Of a stretch of DNA of 64,000 nt, positions 21,162 to 33,820 are shown one piece after another (positions within the stretch are counted from its first letter, which is position 1; every line of letters begins with the position of its first letter). Position numbers and translations under genes: made by a program. The notes beneath the pieces are model-generated. The model ran no database searches. It had not been told where the DNA came from and was given only the letters and a program-made list of their open reading frames with translations. The stretch is from Macrostomum hystrix (Eukaryota; Animalia; Platyhelminthes), in contig CATNEN010000038.1 of NCBI GenBank assembly GCA_950097015.1, positions 25,420,001-25,484,000 of the forward strand, in the 5' to 3' direction.

Positions 21162-22444
21162 TTGGGGATATTTCTTCGGAGTTGAAAAATACTTTGAACG
21201 TATTAAACAAATATTACTACTTAAATCACCAAAAAGACCATAATTAGCTTACTTTATGTGCTTTTGTAAAATAGATTATGTTTTCATTTCGAAAAAAGTA
21301 GCTCTTAAATATATTTTAAATTTTATTTATATTCTTAATTATCGTGTTTGACTTTTGTTTTTTTACCGTGAAGTTAAAATTGTTTCATATATTTCGTAAG
21401 CTCACCATTAAATTATTTAATCAAATACTACAAATAGGAATTATATTGCAGCAAGAAACATCTTCTAGATATCAAAATTTATTTGTCATTTTCTGTCGTT
21501 TCTGTCTTGCACTTTTCGTATTGGTAGTTTAATTTTTTGGAGTTTTCAGAAACTCTATAGATTTATATCCGATATGATAATATTTATTCTAGTCTAGTCT
21601 AGAATCGAAAGTCTAGTGAATAAAAAATGAAGTAAAAGTAATTAATGATGGTTTGGTTTTCTTTATCCGTAAACGATATAATTATATTTGTCAGTCTGAT
21701 ACAAGGACTACTTAATGCTCTAAAGTATTTAGTAGTCCTTATACTTTGATATAGGTGTATATGTATTCCAAAAGAATCATTAAATATTTCAAAGCAGGGC
21801 AACATATTGCAAATAGCAGGCAATCGCTATATATCATTTCAGTTTTTTGTGCATCAAAATAGAACTGCTAGTAATTAACTGACTGATAACTTTTAGCAAA
21901 TTAAATATGATGTAGGAAAATCAAGCATAGTTGTATTTCTTTAATGCAGAACATATAAATAATTATTTAAATACTTATTCCATCTGCCTTTTTCACATTT
22001 TCATTTCATTTCTCACTTCAAAGACAATTTTGAAGCCTTCTATCTCAAAATATTTGTTATAATGTCTAAAGATGCAGCAGATTGTGTGTATATAGAAGGT
22101 TTTTTGTAACCTATAAGCAACATATGTCAGACAAATAAAATATAGTTGCGAGTCAACAAGTTTTTAATTCATTTTAGCATAGAAGTTTTATTTTGCATAT
22201 CCAAGCTAGTTTTTTTTAATTTTCATAGCAGACTAAAATCTGTTTGCTTTAAGAGCAGATAAACTAAAACCTTGTTACAAATATAAATACAATGTATTGT
22301 ACTACACATTTTGACATTTTAAAAAATAAAACTAGATTTTAATTAAAAAGTTATTAAGGTTATTAAGTATTTGAATTCAATAACTTTAAAGCTTTTTTTC
22401 AAACAGAATTTCTAATTTGCTATCTAAAAACAACCAACGGCAGA

Positions 22445-22600
22445 ATGCCTTCCGACTGCCAGCACAGTCTGCGCTCGGTGCACGATCTATCACCGTTGCT
22501 ATGCAACCCGGAGCCAAGCGAGGACTCAGTAGTCAGCGGCTTGACAGCCCAGCTGCAGCTGATGCAGAGTCGCCCGGAGCTTCAGCTTGTTGAACAGCCT

Positions 22601-22631
<31 letters not shown>

Positions 22632-25600
22632 TTGTCTGCGAACTGCCAGACAGTTGGAGCACAGTGTCATCCTTAGCCGCAATGCAGCACGCGAAATCTT
22701 TGCCAACACTGCAGCACGACTCCAGCCGCCTGTGCGACACAATGATTGTCGCCGTCGAGCCCAGACGATCGAGGACTTTATTCGAAGGCCTGATTGGCTG
22801 CCTGCGACCGATGTGGCAGATTGTTGGCAGACGCACCGGCGTCGGTGGCGGCGGCGGCTACGGCGGAGCCTTCGCTCAGGTGGCAGCAAAATCAGCCGCC
22901 GCCGCAGCCGCCGCTGGCGTGGCTGGCAATGCGGCCGCCGTAGCAGCCGCAGCGGCGTCGGCCGCGATGCCCTGGACGATGGACATGCTGGACATCTCCG
23001 AGCTGCAGTTTCTGACATCTGGCAGTCAGGGCGCGGTGTTTTACGGCATCTTCAAGGGCCAGGAGGTGCGCTGCCGGGGGGGGGCTGATTAAATGGAATT
23101 ATAAAAATATCATAGAAAGCCAATCTTTTTATAAAGTGCTTTATTCTGTTGGAAGAGCAATTGAGTCCTGTTATCCTCGATTGTAAAAGTTTTTGAAGTT
23201 ACGCCATTTACGAGAAAGAAACAATTTGCAGTTTTTTGATTTGCCAGTTGTTTTCGGTTGTCCTGTATATCAATTATGGCGTTTACAGGTTTTTAGGGCT
23301 AACCAGTTTATAGGCTTTCGGAATTTATGCGATTTCGTGTTGGGATTTCCCGGGGTTAAACAGGGTTTTGGTATTTCCCAGGATTAAACAGCGTGTTGGG
23401 ATTTCCTATGGTTAAACAGGGTGTTGGGATTTCCTATGGTTAAACAGGGTGTAGGAATTTCCTATGGTTAAACAGGGTGTAGGAATTTCCTATGGTTAAA
23501 CAGGGTGTAGGGATTTCCTATGGTTAAACAGGGTGTAGGAATTTCCTATGGTTAAACAGGGTGTAGGAATTTCCTATGGTTAAACAGGGTGTAGGGATTT
23601 CCTATGGTTAAACAGGGTGTAGGAATTTCCTATGGTTAAACAGGGTGTAGGAATTTCCTATGGTTAAACAGGGTGTAGGAATTTCCTATGGTTAAACAGG
23701 GTGTAGGGATTTCCTATGGTTAAACAGGGTGTTGGGATTTCCTATGGTTAAACAGGGTGTAGGAATTTCCTATGGTTAAACAGGGTGTAGGGATTTCCTA
23801 TGGTTAAACAGGGTGTAGGGATTTCCTATGGTTAAACAGGGTGTTGGGATTTCCTATGGTTAAACAGGGTGTAGGAATTTCCTATGGTTAAACAGGGTGT
23901 AGGAATTTCCTATGGTTAAACAGGGTGTAGGAATTTCCTATGGTTAAACTGGTTGTTGGGATTTCCTAGGGTTAAACAGGGTTTTGGTATTTCCCAGGGT
24001 TAAACAGGGTGTTGGGATTTCCTAGGGTTAAACAGGGTGTTGGAATTTCCTATGGTTAAACAGGGTTTTGGGATTTCCTAGGATTAAACAGGGTTTTGGG
24101 ATTTCCCGGAGTTAATCTGGGTTTTGGGATTTCCCAGACTTGTGATTTTCTCGTTTAAGAATTTTCCTACTTTGGAATTTCCCCGTTTTTGGATTTCTCT
24201 ATTTTGAGATTTTCTCTTTTGGGGATAATAATTTTTGGGATTTCCTAGTTCCGGTGTTTCTTGAGTTTTATTGAGTCACTAGGGGATAAAGAAAATGAAA
24301 CTAACTATTAGACAGTCGGCCAATCCAATAAAAGTACACGTTGTTCCGCTACCCGCCAGGTGGCGGTGAAGAAATTCACGGAGCCGCCGGAGGTCGGACT
24401 GCAAGATCTGCGCCATCTGAGAGAGCTGCGCCATCCACACGTTGTGCAGTTCATCGGGGCCTGCGTATCAGAGCCTAATTGTAACTGCCTAATCATGGAG
24501 TTCTGCCCGTTTGGCAATTTGTACGAGTTTTACACAAACAAAATTGACTGCCTGCCTGCCGCCAAGGTGCTTGACTGGTGCAAACAGCTCGCCAGCGGTA
24601 TGGCCTATCTGCACGACAAGAAAATTGCTCACGGCGATCTAAAAAGTCCCAACATTCTGGTGTGCGACGGAGACGTGCTGAAAATCTCCGACTTCGGATT
24701 AGTCCGGGTGCCCGCGCTTGAGGGCGCCGCTTGCAGTCGGCAGGTGCGATTTTGAGATTTAAATCCCAAATGTCCTCATATTTCAATCCCAAATCTCTTC
24801 ATATTTCAATCCCAAATCTCCTCATATTTGAATCCCAAATCTCCTCATATTTGAATCCCAAATCTCCTCATATTTCAATCCCAAATCTCGACATATTTCA
24901 ATCCCAAATCTCCTCATATTTCAATCCCAAATGTCCTCATATTTGAATCCCAAATCTCCTCACATTTGAATCCCAAATCTCCTCATATTTGAATCGCAAA
25001 TGTCCTCATATTTGAATCCCAAATCTCCTCATATTTGAATCCCAAATCTCCTCATATTTGAATCCCAAATCTCCTCATATTTGAATCGCAAATGTCCTCA
25101 TATTTCAATCTCAAATCTCCTCATATTGGAATCCCAAATATCCTCATATTTCAATCTCAAATCTCCTCATATTTGAATATCAAATCTCCTCATATCTGAA
25201 TCCCAAATCTCCTCATATTTGAATCGCAAATGTCCTCATATTTCAATCCCAAATCTCCTCATATTTGAATCCCAAATCTCCTCACATTTGAATCCCAAAT
25301 CTCCTCATATTTGAATCCCAAATCTCCTCATATTTGAATCCCAAATCTCCTCACATTTGAATCCCAAATCTCCTCACATTTGAATCCCAAATTTCCTCAT
25401 ATTTGAATCGCAAATGTCCTCATATTTGAATCCCAAATCTCCTCATATTTGAATCCCAAATCTCCTCATATTTGAATCCCAAATCTCCTCATATTTGAAT
25501 CGCAAATGTCCTCATATTTCAATCTCAAATCTCCTCATATTGGAATCCCAAATATCCTCATATTTCAATCTCAAATCTCCTCATATTTGAATATCAAATC

Positions 25601-27853
25601 TCCTCATATCTGAATCCCAAATCTCCTCATATTTGAATCGCAAATGTCCTCATATTTCAATCCCAAATCTCCTCATATTTGAATCCCAAATCTCCTCACA
25701 TTTGAATCCCAAATCTCCTCATATTTGAATCGCAAATGTCCTCATATTTCAATCTCAAATCTCCTCATATTGGAATCCCAAATATCCTCATATTTCAATC
25801 TCAAATCTCCTCATATTTGAATATCAAATCTCCTCATATTTGAATCCCAAATCTCCTCATATTTGAATCGCAAATGTCCTCATATTTCAATCCCAAATCT
25901 CCTCATATTTGAATCCCAAATCTCCTCATATTTGAATCCCAAATCTCCTCACATTTGAATCCCAAATCTCCTCATATTTGAATCGCAAATGTCCTCATAT
26001 TTGAATCCCAAATCTCCTCATATTTGAATCCCAAATCTCCTCATATTTGAATCCCAAATCTCCTCATATTTGAATCGCAAATGTCCTCATATTTCAATCT
26101 CAAATCTCCTCATATTGGAATCCCAAATATCCTCATATTTCAATCTCAAATCTCCTCATATTTGAATATCAAATCTCCTCATATTTGAATCCCAAATCTC
26201 CTCATATTTGAATCCCAAAATTTCCTCATATTTGAATCCCAAAATTTCCTCATATTTGAATCCCAAAATTTCCTCATATTTGAATCCCAAAATTTCCTCA
26301 ATTTGAATCCCAAAATTTCCTCATATTTGAATCCCAAAATTTCCTCATATTTGAATCCCAAAATTTCCTCATATTTGAATCCCAAAATTTCCTCATTTTT
26401 GAATCGCAAATCTCCTCGTATATAAATCTTTAATTTCTTCAGAAATTCCAGAACCTGATGAAGAAATCCCAGATCACCTCAAGTTAAAATCCCAGAACCC
26501 TATTATTCTCAGATCCTCAATCCAGCATTTAATTATCTCCTCTGTACAAAAACTCCATTCGAGGTCGCATCGCGCCACCTGCAACTCTACGGCACAGTCC
26601 GCTGGATGTCGCCAGAGCAGTGCCGTCAGGAGAGCTGGGGCTATCAGGCCGATGTCTACAGCTATGGCGTCATCGTCTGGGAGCTGCTATTCCAGGAGGC
26701 GCCATACAAAAATGTGGACCGCTGGGCGGTGGTGCTGGGCGTAGGTCAGGGCACCCTGTCGCTGCCGCTGCCCACGCATACGCCGGGCACCCTGCGCACC
26801 CTGATGGAATCCTGCTGGTCTCCCAAGCCCAAATCTCGACCGGCTTTTAAAACTATTCGCCAGTCCTTAGAGATGAGCTGCAACGATGTTTTAATCCTGT
26901 CCGACGGCGATCTACGCATTCTGCGTCGGGCCTGGTCGGCCGAGATCGCCGTGGCGTTGTCCAGCTTCCGTCAGGAGGATTCGCGCGCCAAACTCGAGGC
27001 CGACCTCATTCGACAGCGTCGCGAAGAGCTTCAACACGCCAGCGACATTCGGCAGCACTACGAAAAAAAGCTCCGACGTGTTGACAATCTGCAGATGGAC
27101 CTGACTAATCTCCGACTCCGCCTGCTGCTACAGGCCAAGGTGTCGCAGGACCAGCTCCGGGATCGTCAACGCCAGATGATTGACAGATGCTGCCGCTCTT
27201 GCAAGCACCTGTTGTCGGCTTTGTTTAACGATTCCGGCTTCAACGCCGCTGCCAGATGCCGCCGGGCTAGTCTGGCTCTGAACCAGCCGACGCTGCTTCA
27301 GTCACCGCCGCCGCCACCAGCGGCAAGTCCGGCTTCGTCGGCATCGCCAAGCACAGCCGATGCTGCTGTGCAGACATTGTCAACCACTGAAACGGAATCT
27401 GGCTCTCTAGTCAGGATTGTTGAAGACAAAGACTCGCTGCCGCAGTTGCGCCCTAGGCCGGGACGAAGACCAAATAATCGGCATTCCTCCGGCCAGAGTC
27501 AAACAACAGCGAATGGCACCGTCAGCGCTAGCAGCAACAGCAGCAGCAGCGCGTGCTGCGGCGGCAGCAGCGGCGGTGGAGGCAGCGGCAGCCGCGGAGG
27601 CGTCGGCAATCGCGGTGGCGGCAGTCCAGCAATGCTGCTGAGCACCGAGATCCTCACCCGCGAACTGCAGGACAACATGACCGACAGTCTCAGCGACAAG
27701 GAGGCCGCGTTCGATCAGTTCAAACAGCAGGGCGGGAGTCGCTGCTCAGCCGGAGCTGCTCAATGCGGAATTCGGGACAGTGCGGCTACGGACTTTAATC
27801 TGGTGAGACAGGGGCCTCGGATACGATTAACTAGCTGCTTTCTAAGAGATTAG
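22445..27853 (+). CDS. MAP3K13: Dual leucine zipper kinase (MAP3K12/MAP3K13, DLK/LZK/Wallenda-like); exons 22445-23065, 24360-24743, 26564-27853 (or exon ends at 27802 with a further 3' exon)
   Basis: DLK-type N-terminal motif LFEGLIGCLRPMWQIVGR; kinase motifs SGSQGAVF, VAVKK, HGDLKSPN, KISDFG, GTVRWMSPE; leucine zipper LIRQRREELQHASDIRQHYEKKL; C-terminal DSLSDKE. Phase 0 junctions. MAP3K12 versus MAP3K13 cannot be distinguished. Confidence 0.9.
23340..24140. repeat. 28-nt minisatellite GGTTAAACAGGGTGTAGGAATTTCCTAT in DLK intron 1
   Basis: About 28 units. Confidence 0.95.
24757..26420. repeat. 23-nt minisatellite TTTGAATCCCAAATCTCCTCATA in DLK intron 2
   Basis: About 70 units, with a 24-nt variant at the 3' end. 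Confidence 0.95.
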
Positions 27854-27884
27854 ATTTCCTATATTGAGTATTTCTCTACTTTAA

Positions 27885-28390
27885 GGGTTTTAGTTCCAGT
27901 TTTGGAGTTTCCAGCTTTTGGGGTTTCCCAGTTTTTGGGTTTCTTAGTTTTGGGGATTCCTGTTTATTTAGTTGTCCAGTTTTGGGCTCTCCTATTTTTG
28001 GGATTCCCAGTTTTCAGGATTCCCAGTTTTAAGATTTTCCAGTTTTGGAGGTTTTGGAGTTTCCCTGATTAAGGCGGGGCAGTTTAAAGTTTAGGAATTT
28101 CTCAGTTAGGGGTTTCCTAGTTTATATATTTGTAATTTTGGAGTTTCCCAGCTTTGGGATTTACCAGTTTTGGGGTTTCCCGGTTTTGGGGTTTCCCGGT
28201 TTTGGGGTTTCCTGGTTTTGGAGTTTCCCAGTTTTAAGGTTTCCCAGTTTTGGGGTTTCCTAGTTTTGGGGTTTCCCAGTTTTGGGGTTTCCCAGTTTTG
28301 AGGTTTCCTAGTTTTGGGGTTTCCCAGTTTTGGGGTTTCCCAGTTTTGAGGTTTCCTAGTTTTGGGGTTTCCTAGTTTTGGGTTTTCCAT
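27885..28390. repeat. 16-nt minisatellite CCCAGTTTTGGGGTTT downstream of DLK exon 3
   Basis: Tandem units, degenerate in the 5' part. Confidence 0.85.
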
Positions 28391-29516
28391 TTTTCTCGGT
28401 TTCTAATAACTTTTTCCCAGTTTTAGGTCTTTCTTCTTGTCAGGTTTCAACTGTCAAAAGTTTTCAAATCACTTTTTTCCCAGCTTCTATAATCTCAGGA
28501 CTGACTAGCCGACGTAAATTGTTTGCTGTGCTATCAGATTTTTTTCTGGTAGTTTCGCCTTGTCTATGCAAGAATATTCTACTTGGATTTTTGCCATGCA
28601 AAGATCAATAAATGTTTAATTAATGCCACAGCAGGAAATGGCGGCCTCTGGTCCTTTTAGCTGTAGAAGAACAAGCCGGTGCAAACACCAGAAAGTGAAA
28701 GAGAGAAAAATTCTCCCCTTGCCGTCGCTTCCTAATTTTCTATTTCCTTATCTTCCTTCTTTCTTTTGCACTTTTGCTTTTCCCCTCTGGCTTGTTAGGA
28801 TGCGGAAAATGGGACGCTGGAAAAGTCGCTGTCTCTCGCTCTCTCTCGCCTTTCCCTTGCCCTCCAACAGCGATGCCCAAACTCCGGTTGATTCCAGCGC
28901 CGGGGCAGACAAATCTCCTCCCTCTCCTGTCTCTCCGTGCGTGTTTTTTTTTCTCGCCCATCCAACTACGGAATCCTCACACACAGAATATCCTACTGTA
29001 CGCCTCTGTGATCGATCGCTAGCTCAGGGGGGGTGGGTACCGGTTGGAAATTAGAGTGAAATACCAATGTCCAACGGAGTACAGTCCATATCTAGACATC
29101 TAGCTATAGACCATATCTAGTCCTAGCCTTATTACTAGATGTAACCTAGTGCTCAATTTTAGTTAGAATAGCACCCAGTGGCCTCATCTGAGCACAGTCT
29201 GCCTCTCACCCAGTCTCTCTACCCCATCCTCCCCAAACGCCCTAACCAACTGCCTCGATAGGAAAGAGAATATAAAATTCTAATTATAGCACCACTATAG
29301 CCAATCAAATTATTAGCTGAGTCATCATGCCATTTTATTTATTGTCATTTTTGTGTCAGACAAAACCTACTGGAACATTGTAATCGATTGTCTGAATTCT
29401 TATTTTTAGAATTAGGAAATTGTTTTAGCCGATCTACTAAACAAAAAAAGTCCGTTAACAAACTCGGCCAAATTCCAGCGATAATTTCTTTATTATCCTA
29501 CTAACAGTAGTGCAAG

Positions 29517-29872
29517 GGGGTCGGTGGCAGAGCGGTTATCGCTTTTGCCTCTCGCACCACGGTCCCTAAGTTCGATTCCACGGCGAGGTCACATTTATTT
29601 GGGGCGCAGCCGCGGAGAGAAGGCTTGGGGGCTTGTCGTGTAATTTACGCCCTTGAGGGCCAACCTCCAAGGTACAGTGAGATTGTACACTGCCTGACGA
29701 TGAGAAAGTCAGGGCAGATGTACACACCTGTGTGAGCGTATGCCTGCGTAAAGTATCTGTGTGCGTGTGTCAGCGAAATAGGCGGAATTGCCTCCTCGCT
29801 GGCTGCGGGTCTAGTGTCACCAAATGATGTGCCATTGCCCGCAGCCCTCCTGCAATTATTATTATTGTTATT
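29517..29872 (+). mobile_element. tRNA-derived SINE (family B), full length
   Basis: A box TGGCAGAGCGG, B box AGTTCGATTCC, (TTA)n tail. Homologous copies at 53745-54079 (-) and 60187-60418 (-). Confidence 0.85.
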
Positions 29873-29927
29873 AACAGTAGTGCGTGAAAAAAAAACATAT
29901 TTTTCAAAACCAACCGCCATTTTGCAG

Positions 29928-30107
29928 ATGACAATCAACTCGGACAGTTTTGAAGATCATAACAATCAATCGGTTCAAGTCGCGTCTATTGCTATAGGAG
30001 AGCAGCAGCAGCAGCAGCAACAGCATCTGCTGCAGCAGCAGCTGCATCCATTGCGCAGAAGTGAAGGCTGCGCAAACGGATTTCGACCGAATTCCTCGTT
30101 CATGTAA
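29928..30107 (+). CDS. Putative short poly-Q terminal coding exon, host gene uncertain (could splice in phase 0 to the DLK donor after 27802)
   Basis: Acceptor TTTTGCAG at 29920-29927, then MTINSDSFEDH...QQQQQQQ...SSFM*. GC content and CAG-codon style match the other exons in the window. Confidence 0.35.
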   Translation: MTINSDSFEDHNNQSVQVASIAIGEQQQQQQQHLLQQQLHPLRRSEGCANGFRPNSSFM

Positions 30108-30307
30108 AATCACGGATTCTCACGGCTTCAATTTTACCGTAGAACATTTATATTGTTTCCTTTATTGTTTCTCCTGGCTTTATTTTAGTTAAATATTGCG
30201 ATTTTCTAAACATATCGGATGGAGGGCAAATTCGTTTTCCTGTTATTTTTTCTCACTAAGTTATTCTTAAATTGGCATTCAACTTTTAACTAGCTCAGCA
30301 CCTGCTA

Positions 30308-31990
30308 CTCTATCCGCCCCCGATCAGCCACTCAATCCGCCCTCTATCCGCTCACGATCAGCCACTCAATCCGCCCTCTATCCGCCCCCCGATCAGCCAC
30401 TTAATCCGCCCTCTACCCGCCCCCGATTAGCTACTCAATCCGCCCTCTATCCGCCCACGATCAGCCACTCAATCCGCCCTCTACCCGCCCCCGATTAGCT
30501 ACTCAATCCGCCCTCTACCCGCCCCCGATTAGCTACTCAATCCGCCCTCTATCCGCCCACGATCAGCCACTCAATCCGCCCTCTACCCGCCCCCGATTAG
30601 CTACTCAATCCGCCCTCTATCCGCCCACGATCAGCCACTCAATCCGCCCTCTATCCGCCCACGATCAGCCACTTAATCCGCCCTCTATCCGCTCACGATC
30701 AGCCACTCAATCCGCCCTCTATCCGCCCCCGATTAGCTACTCAATCCGCCCTCTATCCGCCCCCGATTAGCTACTCAATCCGCCCTCTATCCGCCCACGA
30801 TCAGCCACTTAATCCGCCCTCTATCCGCCCACGATCAGCCACTCAATCCGCCCTCTATCCGCCCCCCGATCAGCCACTCAATCCGCCCCCTATCCGCCCC
30901 CGATTAGCTACTCAATCCGCCCTCTATCCGCCCACGATCAGCCACTCAATCCGCCCTCTATCCGCCCACGATCAGCAACTCAATCCGCCCTCTATCCGCC
31001 CACGATCAGCCACTCAATCCGCCCTCTATCCGCCCACGATCAGCCACTTAATCCGCCCTCTATCCGCTCACGATCAGCCACTCAATCCGCCCTCTATCCG
31101 CCCCCGATTAGCTACTCAATCCGCCCTCTATCCGCCCCCGATTAGCTACTCAATCCGCCCTCTATCCGCCCACGATCAGCCACTCAATCCACCCTCTATC
31201 CGCCCACGATCAGCCACTCAATCCGCCCTCTATCCGCCCACGATCAGCCACTCAATCCGCCCTCTATCCACCCACGATCAGCCACTTAATCCGCCCTCTA
31301 TCCGCTCACGATCAGCCACTCAATCCGCCCTCTATCCGCCCCCGATTAGCTACTCAATCCGCCCTCTATCCGCCCCCGATTAGCTACTCAATCCGCCCTC
31401 TATCCGCCCACGATCAGCCACTTAATCCGCCCTCTATCCGCCCACGATCAGCCACTCAATCCGCCCTCTATCCGCCCACGATCAGCCACTCAATCCGCCC
31501 TCTATCCACACACGATCAGCCACTTAATCCGCCCTCTATCCGCTCACGATCAGCCACTCAATCCGCCCTCTATCCGCCCCCGATTAGCTACTCAATCCGC
31601 CCTCTATCCGCCCCCGATTAGCTACTCAATCCGCCCTCTATCCGCCCACGATCAGCCACTTAATCCGCCCTCTATCCGCCCACGATCAGCCACTCAATCC
31701 GCCCTCTATCCGCCCCCCGATCAGCCACTCAATCCGCCCCCTATCCGCCCCCGATTAGCTACTCAATCCGCCCTCTATCCGCCCACGATCAGCCACTCAA
31801 TCCGCCCTCTATCCGCCCACGATCAGCCACTCAATCCGCCCTCTATCCGCCCACGATCAGCCACTCAATCCGCCCTCTATCCGCCCACGATCAGCCACTT
31901 AATCCGCCCTCTATCCGCTCACGATCAGCCACTCAATCCGCCCTCTATCCACCCCCCGATCAGCCACTCAATCCGCCCTCTACCCGCCCC
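30308..31990. repeat. 34-nt C-rich minisatellite ATCCGCCCTCTATCCGCCCACGATCAGCCACTCA
   Basis: About 49 units. Confidence 0.95.
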
Positions 31991-32384
31991 AAATTCGCCC
32001 TAAATCCTCTTTCTCTCCTCCCCATATTTTATCTACTTCTAAGCCTTCTAAAGTTACAAACTTTCCACATCATATTGCACACTACTTATACAAGTAGTTC
32101 TTTTTATCTTGACGAATCAAATTTAAAACTCGAATTGATATTTTTTTTTTCTCGACTGAATGCCTTCAGTACTCAGCGCGATAGTCATTCAAAAATCCCT
32201 GTGATGATTTTACAGTACTACTAAAACAATATAGAGTCGTGCGTAAAAAATTAATTATCAAACAGTAAAACTGTTGCCCACTTTAAAAAAATTTAGTGCT
32301 ATTGGCCCTATGTTTGTTGTCGTTTTTGTTATTGCTTAGCTTCAATTTACGAGCCTATTTGCTGTTTGAATGCATAATCAACTA

Positions 32385-33820
32385 TTAGACAGGTAGAATC
32401 ACATGTTAGACAGGTAGAATCACATGTTAGACAGGTAGAATCACATGTTAGACAGGTAGAATCACATGTTAGACAGGTAGGATCAGATGTTAGACAGGTA
32501 GGATCAGATGTTAGACAGGTAGAATCACATGTTAGACAGGTAGAATCACATGTTATACAGGTAGGATCAGATGTTAGACAGGTTGGGTCAGATGTTAGAC
32601 AGGTAGAATCACATGTTAGACAGGTAGAATCACATGTTAGACAGGTAGAATCACATGTTAGACAGGTAGAATCACATGTTATACAGGTAGGATCAGATGT
32701 TAGACAGGTTGGGTCAGATGTTAGACAGGTAGGATCAGATGTTAGACAGGTAGAATCACATGTTAGACAGGTAGAATCACATGTTAGACAGGTAGAATCA
32801 GATGTTAGATAGGTTGGGTCAGATGTTAGTCAGGTTGGGTCAGATGTTAGTCAGGTTGGGTCAGATGTTAGTCAGGTTGGGTCACATGTTAGTCAGGTTG
32901 GGTCAGATGTTAGACAGGTAGAATCACATGTTAGACAGGTAGAATCACATGTTAGACAGGTAGAATCAGATGTTAGACAGGTTGGGTCAGATGTTAGTCA
33001 GGTTGGGTCAGATGTTAGTCAGGTTGGGTCAGATGTTAGTCAGGTTGGGTCAGATGTTAGACAGGTAGAATCACATGTTATACAGGTAGGATCAGATGTT
33101 AGACAGGTTGGGTCAGATGTTAGACAGGTAGGATCAGATGTTAGACAGGTAGAATCACATGTTAGACAGGTAGAATCACATGTTAGACAGGTAGAATCAG
33201 ATGTTAGATAGGTTGGGTCAGATGTTAGTCAGGTTGGGTCAGATGTTAGTCAGGTTGGGTCAGATGTTAGTCAGGTTGGGTCACATGTTAGTCAGGTTGG
33301 GTCAGATGTTAGACAGGTAGAATCACATGTTAGACAGGTAGAATCACATGTTAGACAGGTAGAATCAGATGTTAGACAGGTTGGGTCAGATGTTAGTCAG
33401 GTTGGGTCAGATGTTAGTCAGGTTGGGTCAGATGTTAGTCAGGTTGGGTCAGATGTTAGACAGGTAGAATCACATGTTAGACAGGTAGAATCACATGTTA
33501 GACAGGTAGAATCAGATGTTAGACAGGTTGGGTCAGATGTTAGTCAGGTTGGGTCACATGTTAGTCAGGTTGGGTCAGATGTTAGACAGGTTGGGTCACA
33601 TGTTAGTCAGGTTGGGTCAGATGTTAGACAGGTAGAATCACATGTTAGACAGGTAGAATCACATGTTAGACAGGTAGAATCAGATGTTAGACAGGTTGGG
33701 TCAGATGTTAGTCAGGTTGGGTCACATGTTAGTCAGGTTGGGTCAGATGTTAGACAGGTTGGGTCAGATGTTAGACAGGTAGAATCACATGTTATACAGG
33801 TAGGATCAGATGTTAGACAG
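32385..33820. repeat. 21-nt minisatellite GTTAGACAGGTAGAATCACAT / GTTAGTCAGGTTGGGTCAGAT
   Basis: About 68 units in two interspersed variants. Confidence 0.95.

Noticed and set aside
28100-28390. TTTTGGGG telomere-like repeats
   Set aside because: Part of a 16-nt unit with CCCAG interspersed; interstitial, and not the metazoan TTAGGG repeat.
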